Shown in pieces: positions 53,114 through 61,837 of a stretch of DNA of 64,000 bases (position 1 is the stretch's first letter; each line of letters begins with the position of its first letter). Position numbers and translations under genes: made by a program. The notes under the pieces were generated by a model. That model worked only from the letters and a program-made list of their open reading frames with translations, did no database searches and was not told the DNA's origin. The stretch is taken from positions 13,362 through 77,361 of the forward strand of contig JABIFY010000103.1 of NCBI GenBank assembly GCA_018650465.1. Direction: 5' to 3'. Source of the DNA: Alphaproteobacteria bacterium (GTDB lineage Bacteria > Pseudomonadota > Alphaproteobacteria > UBA2966).

Positions 53114-53134
53114 TGGAGATCAGGCGTCCCTAAA

Positions 53135-54763
53135 TCAAAGATCAATAAAGAAATCATTGCCTTTGTCATCGACGATGATGAAGGCCGGGAAATCTTTGAC
53201 TTCGATTTTCCAGATGGCTTCCATGCCCAGTTCCGGGTATTCCAGCACTTCGACTTTGGTGATGCAGTTTTGTGCCAGGATCGCGGCCTCGCCGCCGATG
53301 GAGCCGAGGTAAAATCCGCCGTATTTTTTGCAGGCTTCGCGCACTTGTGGGCTGCGGTTGCCCTTGGCCAGCATGACCATGGAGCCGCCCGCGGCCTGGA
53401 ACTGGTCGACGTAACTGTCCATGCGGCCCGCGGTGGTGGGGCCAAACGATCCGGACGCCATGCCGTCGGGGGTTTTGGCGGGACCGGCGTAATAGATCGG
53501 GTGGTCCTTCATATATTGCGGCAGGCCTTCGCCGGCATCCAGGCGTTCTTTCAGCTTGGCGTGGGCGATGTCGCGGCCCACGATCAGGGTGCCGGTTAAC
53601 GACAGGCGCGTCTTGATGGGGTGTTTTGTCAGCTCGGCCCGGATGGCGTCCATGGGTTGGCCGAGGTCGATTTCGACGACGTCGCCGCCCAGGCTTTTGT
53701 CTTCGACTTCCGGCAGATATTTGGCCGGGTTGGTTTCCAGCTGTTCAATGAAGACGCCCTCGGCTGTGATCTTGCCCTTGATCTGGCGATCAGCCGAGCA
53801 CGACACACCGATACCGATGGGACAGGACGCACCGTGCCGGGGCAGGCGCACCACGCGCACATCGTGGCAGAAATATTTGCCGCCGAACTGTGCACCGATG
53901 CCGTTGGACTGGCTTAGTTTCAGAACGGTTTCTTCCATCTCCAGATCGCGAAAGGCACGGCCCAGTTTGTTGCCACTGGTGGGCAGGGCATCAAGGTATT
54001 TTGTGCTGGCGAGCTTGACGGTCTTCAGGTTCATCTCGGCCGATGTGCCACCGATGACAATGCTGAGGTGATAGGGCGGGCAAGCCGAGGTGCCGAGGGT
54101 CTTGATTTTTTCGTCGATGAAACTTTTCAGACTTTCCGGGTTCAGCACGGCTTTGGTTTGCTGGAACAAAAAAGTTTTATTGGCCGAGCCACCACCCTTG
54201 GCGATGAACAGGAATTTGTATTCATCCCCTGGTGTGGCGTAAAGATCGACCTGGGCTGGCAGGTTGTTGCCGGTATTGACCTCTTCATACATATCCAGCG
54301 GCGCCACCTGGCTGTAGCGCAGGTTGGTGTTCAAATAGGTATTGGCGATGCCCTGGCTCAGGTCTTCTTCGTCCGACCCGTCGGTCCAGACATACTGGCC
54401 CTTTTTACCCATGACGATGGCGGTGCCGGTATCCTGGCAACTGGGCAAGGCCATGCCTGCCGAGACGTTGGCGTTTTTCAATAATTCCAGGGCGACATAT
54501 TTGTCATTGTCCGAGGCTTCGTCGTCTTCCAGGATCAGCGCCAGTTGCGCAAGATGGCCTGGGCGAAACAGATGCTGGATATCCCGCATGGCTGTTTCCG
54601 CCAGCAGCGACATGGCCCGGGGCGCGATCTTCAGAACCTTTTGGCCGTCGACGTCGATGGTGCTGACGTGATCATCTGTCAGTTTGCGCCACGGTGTATC
54701 TTCCGCGCCGAGCGGGAAGATTTCCTGAAAGTCGATTTTGGAATTTTCATTTGAATCGGACAC
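53135..54763 (-). CDS. fumA: Class I (Fe-S) fumarate hydratase FumA
   Basis: 542 aa near-colinear with E. coli FumA ([28 protein letters not shown] motifs). Confidence 0.93.
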   Translation of the reverse strand: MSDSNENSKIDFQEIFPLGAEDTPWRKLTDDHVSTIDVDGQKVLKIAPRAMSLLAETAMRDIQHLFRPGHLAQLALILEDDEASDNDKYVALELLKNANVSAGMALPSCQDTGTAIVMGKKGQYVWTDGSDEEDLSQGIANTYLNTNLRYSQVAPLDMYEEVNTGNNLPAQVDLYATPGDEYKFLFIAKGGGSANKTFLFQQTKAVLNPESLKSFIDEKIKTLGTSACPPYHLSIVIGGTSAEMNLKTVKLASTKYLDALPTSGNKLGRAFRDLEMEETVLKLSQSNGIGAQFGGKYFCHDVRVVRLPRHGASCPIGIGVSCSADRQIKGKITAEGVFIEQLETNPAKYLPEVEDKSLGGDVVEIDLGQPMDAIRAELTKHPIKTRLSLTGTLIVGRDIAHAKLKERLDAGEGLPQYMKDHPIYYAGPAKTPDGMASGSFGPTTAGRMDSYVDQFQAAGGSMVMLAKGNRSPQVREACKKYGGFYLGSIGGEAAILAQNCITKVEVLEYPELGMEAIWKIEVKDFPAFIIVDDKGNDFFIDL

Positions 54764-54803
54764 GGTTCTGTTCCTGTTGTGTGAGGCTAATTAATATATT
54801 TAC

Positions 54804-54893
54804 GTCACCCCGCAGTTGATGCGGGGTCTACGCCTAAGGATAGAGGTATCCCTCACATTGTAAGCATGGATCCCGCATCAAGTGCGGGATGAC
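54804..54893. repeat. REP-like double-hairpin intergenic element, copy 1 (ACCCCGCA-gttga-TGCGGGGT ... ctacgcct ... ATCCCGCA-tcaag-TGCGGGAT-gac)
   Basis: Seen directly; same architecture and near-identical hairpin at 57962..58048. Confidence 0.7.
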
Positions 54894-54986
54894 GGAGCGC
54901 GAAGGGGATGGTTCAGTCATGAACGTCTCGTTTGAAATCAACGGGCGAATTCAACGGGCGAAATCTTCAGGTGTTAACCCGGAATT

Positions 54987-55523
54987 TTATTTCTTGCGAA
55001 AATGGTCGAGTTCGACAACGTCGGCAGAAACGAGGGCGGAGTCTTCATCAGGCTCGCTCATGTGCGACGCGTTATCGTCCTGGCCTGAGGACCCGTCAAA
55101 TTCCACGGACATGCCCGGGGTCGTCATGTTGGCATCTTCCATCTCGCCGTCTTCGACCGTTTTGAACTGCAAACCAAACTGCACACTGGGATCAGCAAAG
55201 CCGGTGATCGCCATCCATGGCACGTTGAGGAATTCGCGATTGTTGTTGAAACTGAGCATCACCGAAAAGCCGATATCGGTAATTTCCAGGTCCCAGAATT
55301 CATGCTGCAAAACGATGGTGATTTCTTCCGGATACCGGGCCCGCAAACTGTCGGGCATGATGACGCCGGGAAAACCCGAGAGGAAAGAAATATAAAAATG
55401 ATGCTCACCAGGCAGGCCATTTTCAGCCACACGTTCCAACGATTCGCGCACGACACCTTTCAGCGCCTGTTCGACGATCTCGTTATAGTTCATGTAGTCC
55501 GTGGATGTTGTGTCGTCAGTCAT
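54987..55523 (-). CDS. sspB: ClpXP adaptor SspB (stringent starvation protein B, alpha-proteobacterial type)
   Basis: 178 aa; conserved HHFYISF...EFWDL core, acidic C-terminal tail ending in basic ClpX-binding-like peptide. Confidence 0.8.
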   Translation of the reverse strand: MTDDTTSTDYMNYNEIVEQALKGVVRESLERVAENGLPGEHHFYISFLSGFPGVIMPDSLRARYPEEITIVLQHEFWDLEITDIGFSVMLSFNNNREFLNVPWMAITGFADPSVQFGLQFKTVEDGEMEDANMTTPGMSVEFDGSSGQDDNASHMSEPDEDSALVSADVVELDHFRKK

Positions 55524-55699
55524 GGAAACCCGATTGCGCGCCAGAGTGAATTAAAGCGATTTAAAGAAGCGTTGTCGAAGAAATGCCATATTAAAGAGCG
55601 GGGCGCTTGAGTCGACTCCGAATCTGTCAAAAAGGCGCAAAAAGAGGCGTCAAATGGACGTAGAACAGGCGCGGTTTGGGGGCTGAATGTCTTCCGAAT

Positions 55700-56075
55700 G
55701 CTTGGCAAATGCTACTTGATTGTTCGGCAAATGCCACATAATAACGAGGAAAGTGAGGGGCTTCTGTTGCCAGGTGCCCCTCGAACCCCGTGGACTCAGC
55801 TGTTAAGCTGCGACCGCAAATGCTTGACGATTGTCATTTGCATTTGTAGTGATTGACCCGGTAACGGCGGAATCATGCCGAACGAAAAATATACTTTTAC
55901 TGTGCACGTCGATCCTGTTTCGCCCCCATCAAATATAGATTCCAGAATTTAAATTACTGTTTGAATCCAACAGTTTGAATCTATATGTGGTGGAGGCGCC
56001 GGGTACCGCCCCCGGGTCCGCAACACCTATTCTGTAGACCGTTTATCGCCATAGTCGGTTGCCCGACGCCTTCTA
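55700..56075 (-). ncRNA. ssrA: Two-piece (circularly permuted) tmRNA gene ssrA: acceptor piece ending ...CGCCTCCACCA at 55988, 60-nt excised hairpin segment, coding piece starting GGGGGCG at 55927 with tag ORF 55841-55803 (ANDNRQAFAVAA-TAA); outer ends approximate (+/-30 nt)
   Basis: Tag reading frame GCA AAT GAC AAT CGT CAA GCA TTT GCG GTC GCA GCT TAA on minus strand; 5' GGGGGCG pairs with CGCCTCC (G3:U70) followed by ACCA; permuted order typical of alphaproteobacteria. Confidence 0.72.
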
Positions 56076-56266
56076 TATAGGGATTTTTGGCGGAAAATGG
56101 AAGGGAATTAGCGGGGTTCAGATTTCGCATTATTCCAATGAAAAACGAAACCGCGTTAATTTCAATAAATCCCGATTTAGACACAACATGTAGTGGCCAT
56201 GCCGGTACCGGCCCGCTATATTGTCCCTCCTTTCTGGATGATTTTTGTGCTGATACGAGGGTTCCC

Positions 56267-57223
56267 ATGGGTCTCAATTCCGAACAACTGGCTGAAATTG
56301 AAGAACAAAGGGCGCAATCTGTGCCCACCAGGCGGGCCGTCTCGCCGGGTATGGAAGAAATCCTTTATGAAGCCATTCCCATACTGGATCACGGCTTTGT
56401 TCGGGTCGTCGATTACATGGGTGATGACGCCGCCATCGTACAGGCAGCGCGGGTTTCCTATGGTCGCGGCACAAAAACCCTGAACAGCGACGCAGGCCTG
56501 GTAAACTATTTGTTGCGTCATCGCCACACCACGCCGTTCGAAATGTGTGAAGTTAAATACCACATCAAATTGCCGATCTTTGTGGCCCGACAGTGGATCC
56601 GCCATCGCACCGCAAACGTCAACGAATACTCGGCTCGCTATTCAATTTTGGATAACGAATTTTACATGCCGGCCAAGGAACACCTCGCAGCACAGTCCAC
56701 GGTAAACCACCAAGGCCGAGGCGATGTGCTGAGCGGTAAGGATTCCGACCGGGTCATGGATTTACTGCGCGAAGACTCTGAGCGGGCCTATGCTGGATAC
56801 GCCGATATGCTGAATGAAGATGCGGATGGTAATCCGGTCGATGACAGCCGCCAGGGCCTCGCGCGTGAGCTCGCCCGCATGAACTTGTCGCTGAATTTTT
56901 ATACCCAGTGGTACTGGAAAACCGACCTGCATAATCTGCTGCATTTCCTGAGTTTACGGGCCGACAGTCACGCGCAATATGAAATCCGGGTCTATGCTGA
57001 AGCCATGCTGGAGACCGTCAAAAAATGGGTGCCTGCGACTTATGGCGCGTTCATGGACTATCGCGTCGGCGGCACCAATATTTCCAAAAAAGGCATGGGT
57101 GTCGTCAAACGCCTGCTGGCGGGGGAACAGGTCGACCAGAAAGAAAGCGGTATGTCAGCCCGCGAATGGCGTGAACTGATGGAAACTCTGGAACGCCCGG
57201 AACACCAGAAAAACGAGAGCTGA
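56267..57223 (+). CDS. thyX: FAD-dependent thymidylate synthase ThyX
   Basis: ORF 56087..57223 trimmed to ATG 56267 (GAGGG RBS); ThyX motif RHRTTPFE...[19 protein letters not shown]. Confidence 0.9.
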   Translation: MGLNSEQLAEIEEQRAQSVPTRRAVSPGMEEILYEAIPILDHGFVRVVDYMGDDAAIVQAARVSYGRGTKTLNSDAGLVNYLLRHRHTTPFEMCEVKYHIKLPIFVARQWIRHRTANVNEYSARYSILDNEFYMPAKEHLAAQSTVNHQGRGDVLSGKDSDRVMDLLREDSERAYAGYADMLNEDADGNPVDDSRQGLARELARMNLSLNFYTQWYWKTDLHNLLHFLSLRADSHAQYEIRVYAEAMLETVKKWVPATYGAFMDYRVGGTNISKKGMGVVKRLLAGEQVDQKESGMSAREWRELMETLERPEHQKNES

Positions 57224-57231
57224 AGCCAAAA

Positions 57232-57936
57232 ATGAGCACACATATCGGCGCCAAACCCGGCGAAATCGCTGAGACCGTTCTGCTGCCGGGTGATCCCTTG
57301 CGGGCAAAATGGATCGCCGAAACTTTCCTCGAGGATGCCGTGCAATATTCAGATGTGCGCAATATGTTTGGTTATACCGGCAGCTATAATGGCAGCCGTG
57401 TGTCTGTGCAGGGAACTGGTATGGGCATGCCCTCTTGCGCCATTTATGTGCACGAATTGTTGGAAGAATACGGGGCCAAAACCCTTGTGCGCATTGGCTC
57501 TTGCGGGGCTCTGACCAAGGAAGTCGATATTCACGAACTGATCATTGCTGTCTCGTCGTCAACAGATTCCGCCATCAATAAATCTATCTTTGGGGATACG
57601 TCCTACGCCCCCACAGCGGACTTCGCGCTGACCCGCCACATCGCCGACACTGCCGACAAGATGGATCTAAAATATCACGCAGGTCCCATCGTAAGCGGTG
57701 ATGCCTTTTATCGGCCCATGGAGGGCCACCTTGATATCCTGGCCGACCACGGCGCCTTGGGTGTGGAAATGGAAAGCGCTGTTCTGTTTCGTATCGCCGC
57801 CAAATTCAAGGCCCGCGCCGCCTGCATCCTCAGCGTCTCCGACCATTTGATTACAGGCGAAGACCTGTCCTCGGAAGAACGACAGACCGGCTTCACTAAC
57901 ATGGCGAAACTGGCCCTGGAGAGTGTGACAGGATAA
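57232..57936 (+). CDS. deoD: Purine nucleoside phosphorylase DeoD-type
   Basis: 234 aa near-colinear with E. coli DeoD (LLPGDPLRAKWIAETFLEDA, GSCGAL). Confidence 0.9.
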   Translation: MSTHIGAKPGEIAETVLLPGDPLRAKWIAETFLEDAVQYSDVRNMFGYTGSYNGSRVSVQGTGMGMPSCAIYVHELLEEYGAKTLVRIGSCGALTKEVDIHELIIAVSSSTDSAINKSIFGDTSYAPTADFALTRHIADTADKMDLKYHAGPIVSGDAFYRPMEGHLDILADHGALGVEMESAVLFRIAAKFKARAACILSVSDHLITGEDLSSEERQTGFTNMAKLALESVTG

Positions 57937-57961
57937 GCGGGAGCTACTAACGCACTTCATC

Positions 57962-58048
57962 ATGCCGGACTTGATCCGGCATCTACGCCTTTGCCCAAGG
58001 GAGTGCTTTTATTCTGAAGCGTGGACCCCGCATCAAGTGCGGGGTGAC
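57962..58048. repeat. REP-like double-hairpin intergenic element, copy 2 (ATGCCGGA-cttga-TCCGGCAT ... ctacgcct ... ACCCCGCA-tcaag-TGCGGGGT-gac)
   Basis: Seen directly; shares ctacgcct core, 34-nt spacer and TCAAG-loop hairpin with copy 1. Confidence 0.7.
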
Positions 58049-58079
58049 AACGAAATGAAAAACAGAACTCCCAATTTCC

Positions 58080-59201
58080 TTACGAAATAACGATCTTCGG
58101 TGCGGCGGCTGCCGTGGCGGCGTTGGCTTCTTCAATTTTGACCGCGACCTTTTTGGCAATTTCGATGAAGGCCTTGCTGACGGCGTGATCGGGCTCCTTG
58201 GCTGTTAAAGGCGTGCCGGTATCTGACGTTTCACGCAAGTAAGGATCGATGGGGATTTCACCAAGGAAGTCGATGTTCTGGCGCTCAGCTTCGGCCTTGG
58301 CTCCGCCGTGACCGAAGATGTCCGTGCGGTCGCCACAATGTGGACAGACAAAATAGCTCATGTTTTCGATGATGCCGAGGGTGGGCACATTGACCTTGTC
58401 AAACATGGCGATGCCTTTGCGGGCGTCGGCCAGGGCCACATCCTGTGGGGTCGAGACAACAACGGCACCGGTTAACGGCACGCGCTGGGCCATGGTCAGT
58501 TGGGCATCACCGGTACCTGGCGGCAGATCGCAAACCAACACATCAAGATCGCCCCATTTGACGTCACGCATCAATTGCTCCAGCGCGCTCATGACCATAG
58601 GGCCACGCCAGATCATCGGCGTATCCTCAGGTACCAGAAAACCCATGGAGATCACTTCAATGCCATAATTGGACAAGGGCATCATGTATTTGCCGTCCGG
58701 GCTGTGTGGTGTACCACCAATACCCATCATGCGAGGCAGGGACGGACCGTAAACGTCCGCATCCATCAGGCCAACCTTCAGACCGGTTGCCGCCAGGCCG
58801 AGAGCCAGGTTGACCGAGACAGTAGATTTGCCGACGCCACCCTTGCCGGATGCGACGGCGATGACTGATTTGACGCCTGGGATTTCCATATCCGAAGCAC
58901 CGCCGCCGCCCTGAGGCGCTGATTGCTGCGCCTGGGGGGCCGAAGCCTCATGGGAATGAGCGGTCAATACTGCGGTGACCGACAAAACGCCCGGCAGGTC
59001 ATAAACCATATCCTCACAGGATTTGCGCACGGGTTCCATGGCTTCGCCTTGCGATGGATCGACCTCAAGTGAAAAGCCTACATGGCCTTCCTTGACCTGC
59101 AAACCCTGGATCAGGCCCAGTTCAAGGACGCTTTTTCCCGTGTCGAGAACCTTGATTTCACTGAGTGCTTCGACGACCTGTTGTTCAGTAACCGTGGACA
59201 T
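58080..59201 (-). CDS. apbC: Fe-S cluster carrier ATPase Mrp/ApbC (NBP35 family) with N-terminal DUF59
   Basis: 373 aa; GKGGVGKSTVSVNLA Walker A; CPHC motif; N-terminal MIP18/DUF59. Confidence 0.9.
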   Translation of the reverse strand: MSTVTEQQVVEALSEIKVLDTGKSVLELGLIQGLQVKEGHVGFSLEVDPSQGEAMEPVRKSCEDMVYDLPGVLSVTAVLTAHSHEASAPQAQQSAPQGGGGASDMEIPGVKSVIAVASGKGGVGKSTVSVNLALGLAATGLKVGLMDADVYGPSLPRMMGIGGTPHSPDGKYMMPLSNYGIEVISMGFLVPEDTPMIWRGPMVMSALEQLMRDVKWGDLDVLVCDLPPGTGDAQLTMAQRVPLTGAVVVSTPQDVALADARKGIAMFDKVNVPTLGIIENMSYFVCPHCGDRTDIFGHGGAKAEAERQNIDFLGEIPIDPYLRETSDTGTPLTAKEPDHAVSKAFIEIAKKVAVKIEEANAATAAAAPKIVIS

Positions 59202-59481
59202 GCTTGAAATTCTCCGCTTTTATAACGATATGTCTGATGTTGGACGGCCAGATACAAGACAAATGTCCGGTAGATATTCTGGCTGCCGACCTTATTGTGT
59301 TTCACGAGCTGCGTTGCACGTTGCGACCAGCTGTCATATAACCCGCGAGACGATGAATTCAAAGCTTTCTTAGATGTTTCTAATATAAGAATGTTTAGAG
59401 GGGCGAACGGGGAAGCAGGTTAATCAATCGGGCCTTCAATCATGGAGCCGGTTTGAACCGTATAAAAGGGACTTTATTAAG

Positions 59482-60582
59482 ATGCCATGGAGTAACAAGG
59501 GCGGCGGCTGGCAAGGCGGCGGCGGTGGAGACGGCGATGGTGGGGGCCCCTGGGGCCAGGGCGGCGGTGGACAACAGCCACCTGACCTGGAAGAAATATT
59601 GCGTCGTGGCCAGGATAACCTGAAAAAATTCATGCCAGGCGGTGGCGGCAGCGGCAAGATCGTTGTGTTGATCGGACTGGTGCTGGTTGCCTTGTGGGCC
59701 TCAAGCGGTATTTACAAGGTTGGCGCCGACGAACAGGGCGTTGTCATGCGCTTTGGTGAATATGACGGTCTGCCCAAGCCACCAGGCTTGCACTATCACT
59801 TGCCGTCACCAATTGAAACGGCTTTGACACCAAAGGTCACGCGGATCAATCGCATTGACGTCGGCTATCGCACGTCGGGTGATACCGGGCGCACGACGGC
59901 TCGGCGCGATGTATCAGAAGAAAGCCTGATGTTGACCGGTGATGAAAACATCGTTGACATCGACTTTGCGGTTTTTTGGCGCATCAAGGACGCCGGACAG
60001 TATTTGTTTAATATCGACAATCCGGAAGCCACGGTGAAAGCCACGGCGGAAAGTGCCATGCGTGAAATCATCGGCAAGACAAACATTGCCGCCGCTTTTG
60101 CCGAAGGTCGTCAGAAAATTGAACAGTCGACTCTGGAATTGTTGCAAAAGGTTCTGGACGGCTATTCCTCTGGCATCCAGGTAACGGAAGTTAAACTTCA
60201 GAAGGTTGATCCGCCGGCAGCTGTTATCGATTCATTCCGGGATGTGCAGCGCGCCAAGGCTGATGCCGAGCGTCTGCGCAACGAAGCCGAAGGTTATTCC
60301 AACGATATCCTTCCGCGTGCCCGTGGTGAAGCCGAGCAGATGATCCAGGAAGCCAGTGCCTATAAAGCTGAAGTCGTGGCCCGCGCAGAAGGTGACGCCA
60401 ACCGTTTTCTGGCTGTGTACAATGAATTTGTTCAGGCAAAAGACATAACAACAAAGCGTCTGTATCTGGAAACAATGGAAGAGGTTCTGCGTGGTATGAC
60501 CAAGATTGTCATTGACGGGAAAGGCGGACAGGGCGTTGTGCCTTATTTACCGCTGCCGGAACTGAAGAAGAGGAGCCAATAG
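59482..60582 (+). CDS. hflK: FtsH protease modulator HflK (band-7/SPFH) with Gly-rich N-terminus
   Basis: 366 aa; SPFH domain; N-terminal GGGWQGGGGGDGDGGGPWGQGGGG. Confidence 0.9.
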   Translation: MPWSNKGGGWQGGGGGDGDGGGPWGQGGGGQQPPDLEEILRRGQDNLKKFMPGGGGSGKIVVLIGLVLVALWASSGIYKVGADEQGVVMRFGEYDGLPKPPGLHYHLPSPIETALTPKVTRINRIDVGYRTSGDTGRTTARRDVSEESLMLTGDENIVDIDFAVFWRIKDAGQYLFNIDNPEATVKATAESAMREIIGKTNIAAAFAEGRQKIEQSTLELLQKVLDGYSSGIQVTEVKLQKVDPPAAVIDSFRDVQRAKADAERLRNEAEGYSNDILPRARGEAEQMIQEASAYKAEVVARAEGDANRFLAVYNEFVQAKDITTKRLYLETMEEVLRGMTKIVIDGKGGQGVVPYLPLPELKKRSQ

Positions 60583-60583
60583 C

Positions 60584-61465
60584 ATGAACACTCGTTTTCT
60601 CGGTATAGTTGGCTTCCTGATTCTAATTTTGGGATTCCTTGCTTTCAGTTCTGTTTACACCGTTCATCAAACTCAACAGGCTTTGGTTCTGCAGTTTGGT
60701 AAGCCGGTGACTGTGGAAGCTACACCCGGACTAAAATTCAAGATTCCGTTTGTTCAAAATGTTGAACTTCTTGAGAACCGGATTTTGTCTTTCGATGCGC
60801 CCGCGGAAGAAATTATTGCCTCGGATCAAAAGCGTCTCGTTGTGGACAGTTTTATTCGCTACAAGATTTCCGATGCGCTGGAATTCTATAAATCTGTGTC
60901 TTCCGTTAACATTGCCCGGTCGCGTCTTTCCACCATCTTGACGTCAAGTCTGCGTCGGGTATTGGGTGGCGTTCCCCTGGCGAATGTTCTGACGGGCGAG
61001 CGCGCTGAATTGATGGAGCAAATCCGCGATTCAGTGAACAGCGAATCCCGGAGCCTTGGTATTGATGTGGTTGACGTTCGGATCAAACGTGCTGATTTGC
61101 CGGAGGCCAACAGTGCACCGGTTTATGCGCGTATGAATACCGAACGTGAGCGTGAAGCGCGGGAATACCGTGCCCAGGGTGCGGAAGTCTCACAGCGGAT
61201 TAAAGCCATCGCTGATCGTGAACGCACCATCATTATTGCTGAAGCACAAAAGCAGTCACAGATTCTGCGCGGTGATGGCGATGCCTTGTCCGTAAAGGTT
61301 TCGGCTGAAGCCTTTGGCAAGGACGTTGAATTCTATACTTTCTATCGCTCTATGCAGGCCTACCGGAATGTATTGGGCAACGGTGATACGACCATGGTGC
61401 TGTCACCTGATTCGGAATTCTTCCGTTTCTTTGGCAACATTATGGGTAAGCGTCCGGGGCAATAG
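60584..61465 (+). CDS. hflC: FtsH protease modulator HflC (band-7/SPFH)
   Basis: 293 aa; SPFH domain; 1-nt spacing after hflK. Confidence 0.9.
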   Translation: MNTRFLGIVGFLILILGFLAFSSVYTVHQTQQALVLQFGKPVTVEATPGLKFKIPFVQNVELLENRILSFDAPAEEIIASDQKRLVVDSFIRYKISDALEFYKSVSSVNIARSRLSTILTSSLRRVLGGVPLANVLTGERAELMEQIRDSVNSESRSLGIDVVDVRIKRADLPEANSAPVYARMNTEREREAREYRAQGAEVSQRIKAIADRERTIIIAEAQKQSQILRGDGDALSVKVSAEAFGKDVEFYTFYRSMQAYRNVLGNGDTTMVLSPDSEFFRFFGNIMGKRPGQ

Positions 61466-61510
61466 ATACGCCTTGACGAACTTGTCTTTACGTTTGATTC
61501 GAGGGCGGCA

Positions 61511-61696
61511 ATGAATGATTTCATCGCCGCCCTCGGTCTCGTTCTGGTGATCGAGGGCATTGTTTTTGCCCTGTTCCCGGAAGGACTGAAGCGCAAATTA
61601 ATCGCAGCTCTTGAGATGCCGTCGACAACTTTGCGGGTCTTTGGCCTTGTCGCTGCTGTTGCAGGTCTGGCAGTGGTTTGGATGGTCCGCGGATAG
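61511..61696 (+). CDS. DUF2065 small membrane protein
   Basis: 61 aa, two TM; conserved position between hflC and degP. Confidence 0.6.
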   Translation: MNDFIAALGLVLVIEGIVFALFPEGLKRKLIAALEMPSTTLRVFGLVAAVAGLAVVWMVRG

Positions 61697-61837
61697 GGAA
61701 GTCGTTGGTGTTCAAGTAATTGTGTTACAAACCAGGCAAAACTTCCTTATTTGCTTCGCGAAAAGCCTTATTATTACCATATTCAGCGCTATGATGAGGA
61801 TTAGAAATTATCCTTTTCGATACAGGAGATCACACCC

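Noticed and set aside
55981-56328. 115-aa minus-strand ORF in thyX-sspB spacer
   Set aside because: Overlaps the tmRNA acceptor piece and thyX promoter; region better explained by ssrA
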